NCBI GenBank assembly: GCA_050633305.1
Contig: JBOEGF010000001.1
Location: 1-64,000, forward strand
Length of the DNA: 64,000 nt
Direction of reading: 5' to 3'
Source: Nannocystales bacterium
Lineage (GTDB): Bacteria > Myxococcota_A > Polyangia > Nannocystales > Nannocystaceae
Below are positions 62,655 through 64,000 of the stretch, one piece after another. Positions within the stretch are counted from its first letter, which is position 1; each line of letters opens with the position of its first letter. The notes below the pieces were generated by a model. That model made no database searches and had not been told where the DNA came from. It saw only the letters and a program-made list of their open reading frames with translations. A program made the translations under genes and the position numbers.

Positions 62655-63490
62655 GCGGGGGACACGACCGAATCGGCCCCACGGCGCACTACACCGCGTA
62701 CGTGTGGCGGGTCGCTGGGTTCGAGCGCGCAGAGTTGTTCTCGACCTGGCAGGGCGCGGCTCTGTACTGGGGCTTCTTTGCGGCAGGCGAGTGGACGAGC
62801 CGGCTCTCGGCGAGCACGCCTTCGATGCGTGTCTACCTCGAGTATCGGCATCGACTCATCGACGCGGTGGTGAAGCAGCATCGCCCCGACGTGGTGGTGG
62901 AGCTTGGTTCGGGGCTGACCCGGCGCGCGGTCTCCTGGGTTCTGGATGACGGGATTCGTGGCCTGGAATTCGACTTGCCTGACATGGCTGCGCGCAAGCG
63001 TGCCGCTGTGTCCTCGGCTCCGGCTCAGGTTCGACGCGCCCTCGAGGGGCGACACCGGGTCGAGGCGGCCAACGTGGTCGAGCCCGGGTTCGCGAAGACG
63101 CTTCTCGACGCGTTGCATGATGCCAAGCGGCCCGTGGTGGTCGCTGAGGGGTTGCTCAGCTATCTCGCCGGGCACGAGCGCGCGCAGCTGTACGCGTCCG
63201 TCGCGGGTGCACTCGGTCCCGACGGTTTGTTCGTCAGCGACCTCCACACACGCGCAGGACAGGCGTCGGTGGGCACGGCGGCCTCCGTTCTGCGGACCGC
63301 GATTCGGGCGGTCACTCGCCGCCGCAACGCACTCGACCCGTACGAGGACGAAGCCGATGTCCGGCGGGTGATGGAGAGCGCAGGCTTGGCGCGCGTGTCG
63401 TTTGTCGACCCGCGCGAGCACTACGCTGCCCAGCCGCAGCTTCGTCGCCTGCACTCGCCAACCCATGTCGTGACGGCCGGCGCGGCGTAG
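62651..63490 (+). CDS. Class I SAM-dependent methyltransferase (LCM family)
   Basis: RHRLID, VVELGSGL, EFDLPDM, VVAEGLLSYL; ATGA overlap with the upstream gene. Confidence 0.85.
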   Translation: MSGGHDRIGPTAHYTAYVWRVAGFERAELFSTWQGAALYWGFFAAGEWTSRLSASTPSMRVYLEYRHRLIDAVVKQHRPDVVVELGSGLTRRAVSWVLDDGIRGLEFDLPDMAARKRAAVSSAPAQVRRALEGRHRVEAANVVEPGFAKTLLDALHDAKRPVVVAEGLLSYLAGHERAQLYASVAGALGPDGLFVSDLHTRAGQASVGTAASVLRTAIRAVTRRRNALDPYEDEADVRRVMESAGLARVSFVDPREHYAAQPQLRRLHSPTHVVTAGAA

Positions 63491-63519
63491 CCGTAGGCGT
63501 TGGTGGCCGGGTTCGTACG

Positions 63520-64000
63520 CTAGGACGCGTGCAGTTGCACGATACGGTTGTGCGCCACGAAGCCGGCTCGGCGGATCGCGGTTTGGGCGGCTGCGTTGGT
63601 GACCTCGGTCGAGCAGATCGAGCGAACCCCTCGGTGCTCGTTGGTACGAACGAGATCGCGCAAGACCTGGGTCGCCAAGCCTTGCCCACGGTGCTTCTGG
63701 CCAACGATGACGCCGAGGTCGGCGTAGCCGGGTTGCAGTCCTGCGAAGCCGCGGCTCTCGCCCAGTCCCACGAGGACATCTTGGATGCGCAATGCGAACA
63801 GCTCCTGTCGTGAGATCAAGCCCTCGTAGTACCCGTGAAGCCACGCTTTGGGCGCGCCGATGGCTTCGGAGGCGAAGTCGACGGCCTCGCCGAGTTCGGT
63901 GGCGCCCAGCCGAATCAGGCCCAATGGCGGACTCGCGGGGGGCGGGCCGTGGTGTTGATACAGGAGCGCATTGACCTCGACGCGCGGGAAGTGATCCATG
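63520..64000 (-). CDS. GNAT family N-acetyltransferase, 5' end probably beyond the window
   Basis: DLGVIV..HRGQGLAT (acetyl-CoA motif A), NAAAQ..RAGF. Confidence 0.8.
   Translation of the reverse strand, partial: MDHFPRVEVNALLYQHHGPPPASPPLGLIRLGATELGEAVDFASEAIGAPKAWLHGYYEGLISRQELFALRIQDVLVGLGESRGFAGLQPGYADLGVIVGQKHRGQGLATQVLRDLVRTNEHRGVRSICSTEVTNAAAQTAIRRAGFVAHNRIVQLHAS

Overview
A GC-rich (roughly 68% by eye), gene-dense chromosomal segment with about 50 CDS, very likely from a myxobacterium, probably Nannocystaceae-like. This is inferred from Ser/Thr kinases with TPR tails, MYXO-CTERM-like C-termini and many lipoproteins with acidic Gly/Asp/Pro linkers. No rRNA, tRNA, CRISPR array, transposase or integrase was recognised. 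Recognisable genes: CAP-domain and lamin-tail lipoproteins, a CaiB/BaiF CoA-transferase, an RluA pseudouridine synthase, an MrfAB-like helicase/exonuclease pair, an orphan DNA methyltransferase, an ABC-F ATPase, a FadJ/FadI-like pair, YqeY, ABC permeases and ATPase, a trypsin-like protease, an L,D-transpeptidase, a MoxR/VWA pair, three tandem metzincin-like surface proteins, a phosphomannomutase, two Ser/Thr kinases (one with two kinase domains), an antiporter, MutS2, SppA, sodB and panB. Most notable observations: (1) an intact fadJ-fadI-like operon in which most catalytic residues of all three active sites are substituted, a possible pseudoenzyme complex; (2) a small Zn-ribbon/lipoprotein-like protein with three IYGxP motifs resembling radical-SAM splicease substrates; (3) a recurrent TANNNT hexamer 6-9 nt before many start codons, suggesting widespread leaderless transcription; (4) a metzincin paralog trio with HExxH-to-QExxH variants. 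All family assignments come from motifs read by eye with no database search. Many start codons were re-chosen relative to the ORF track.
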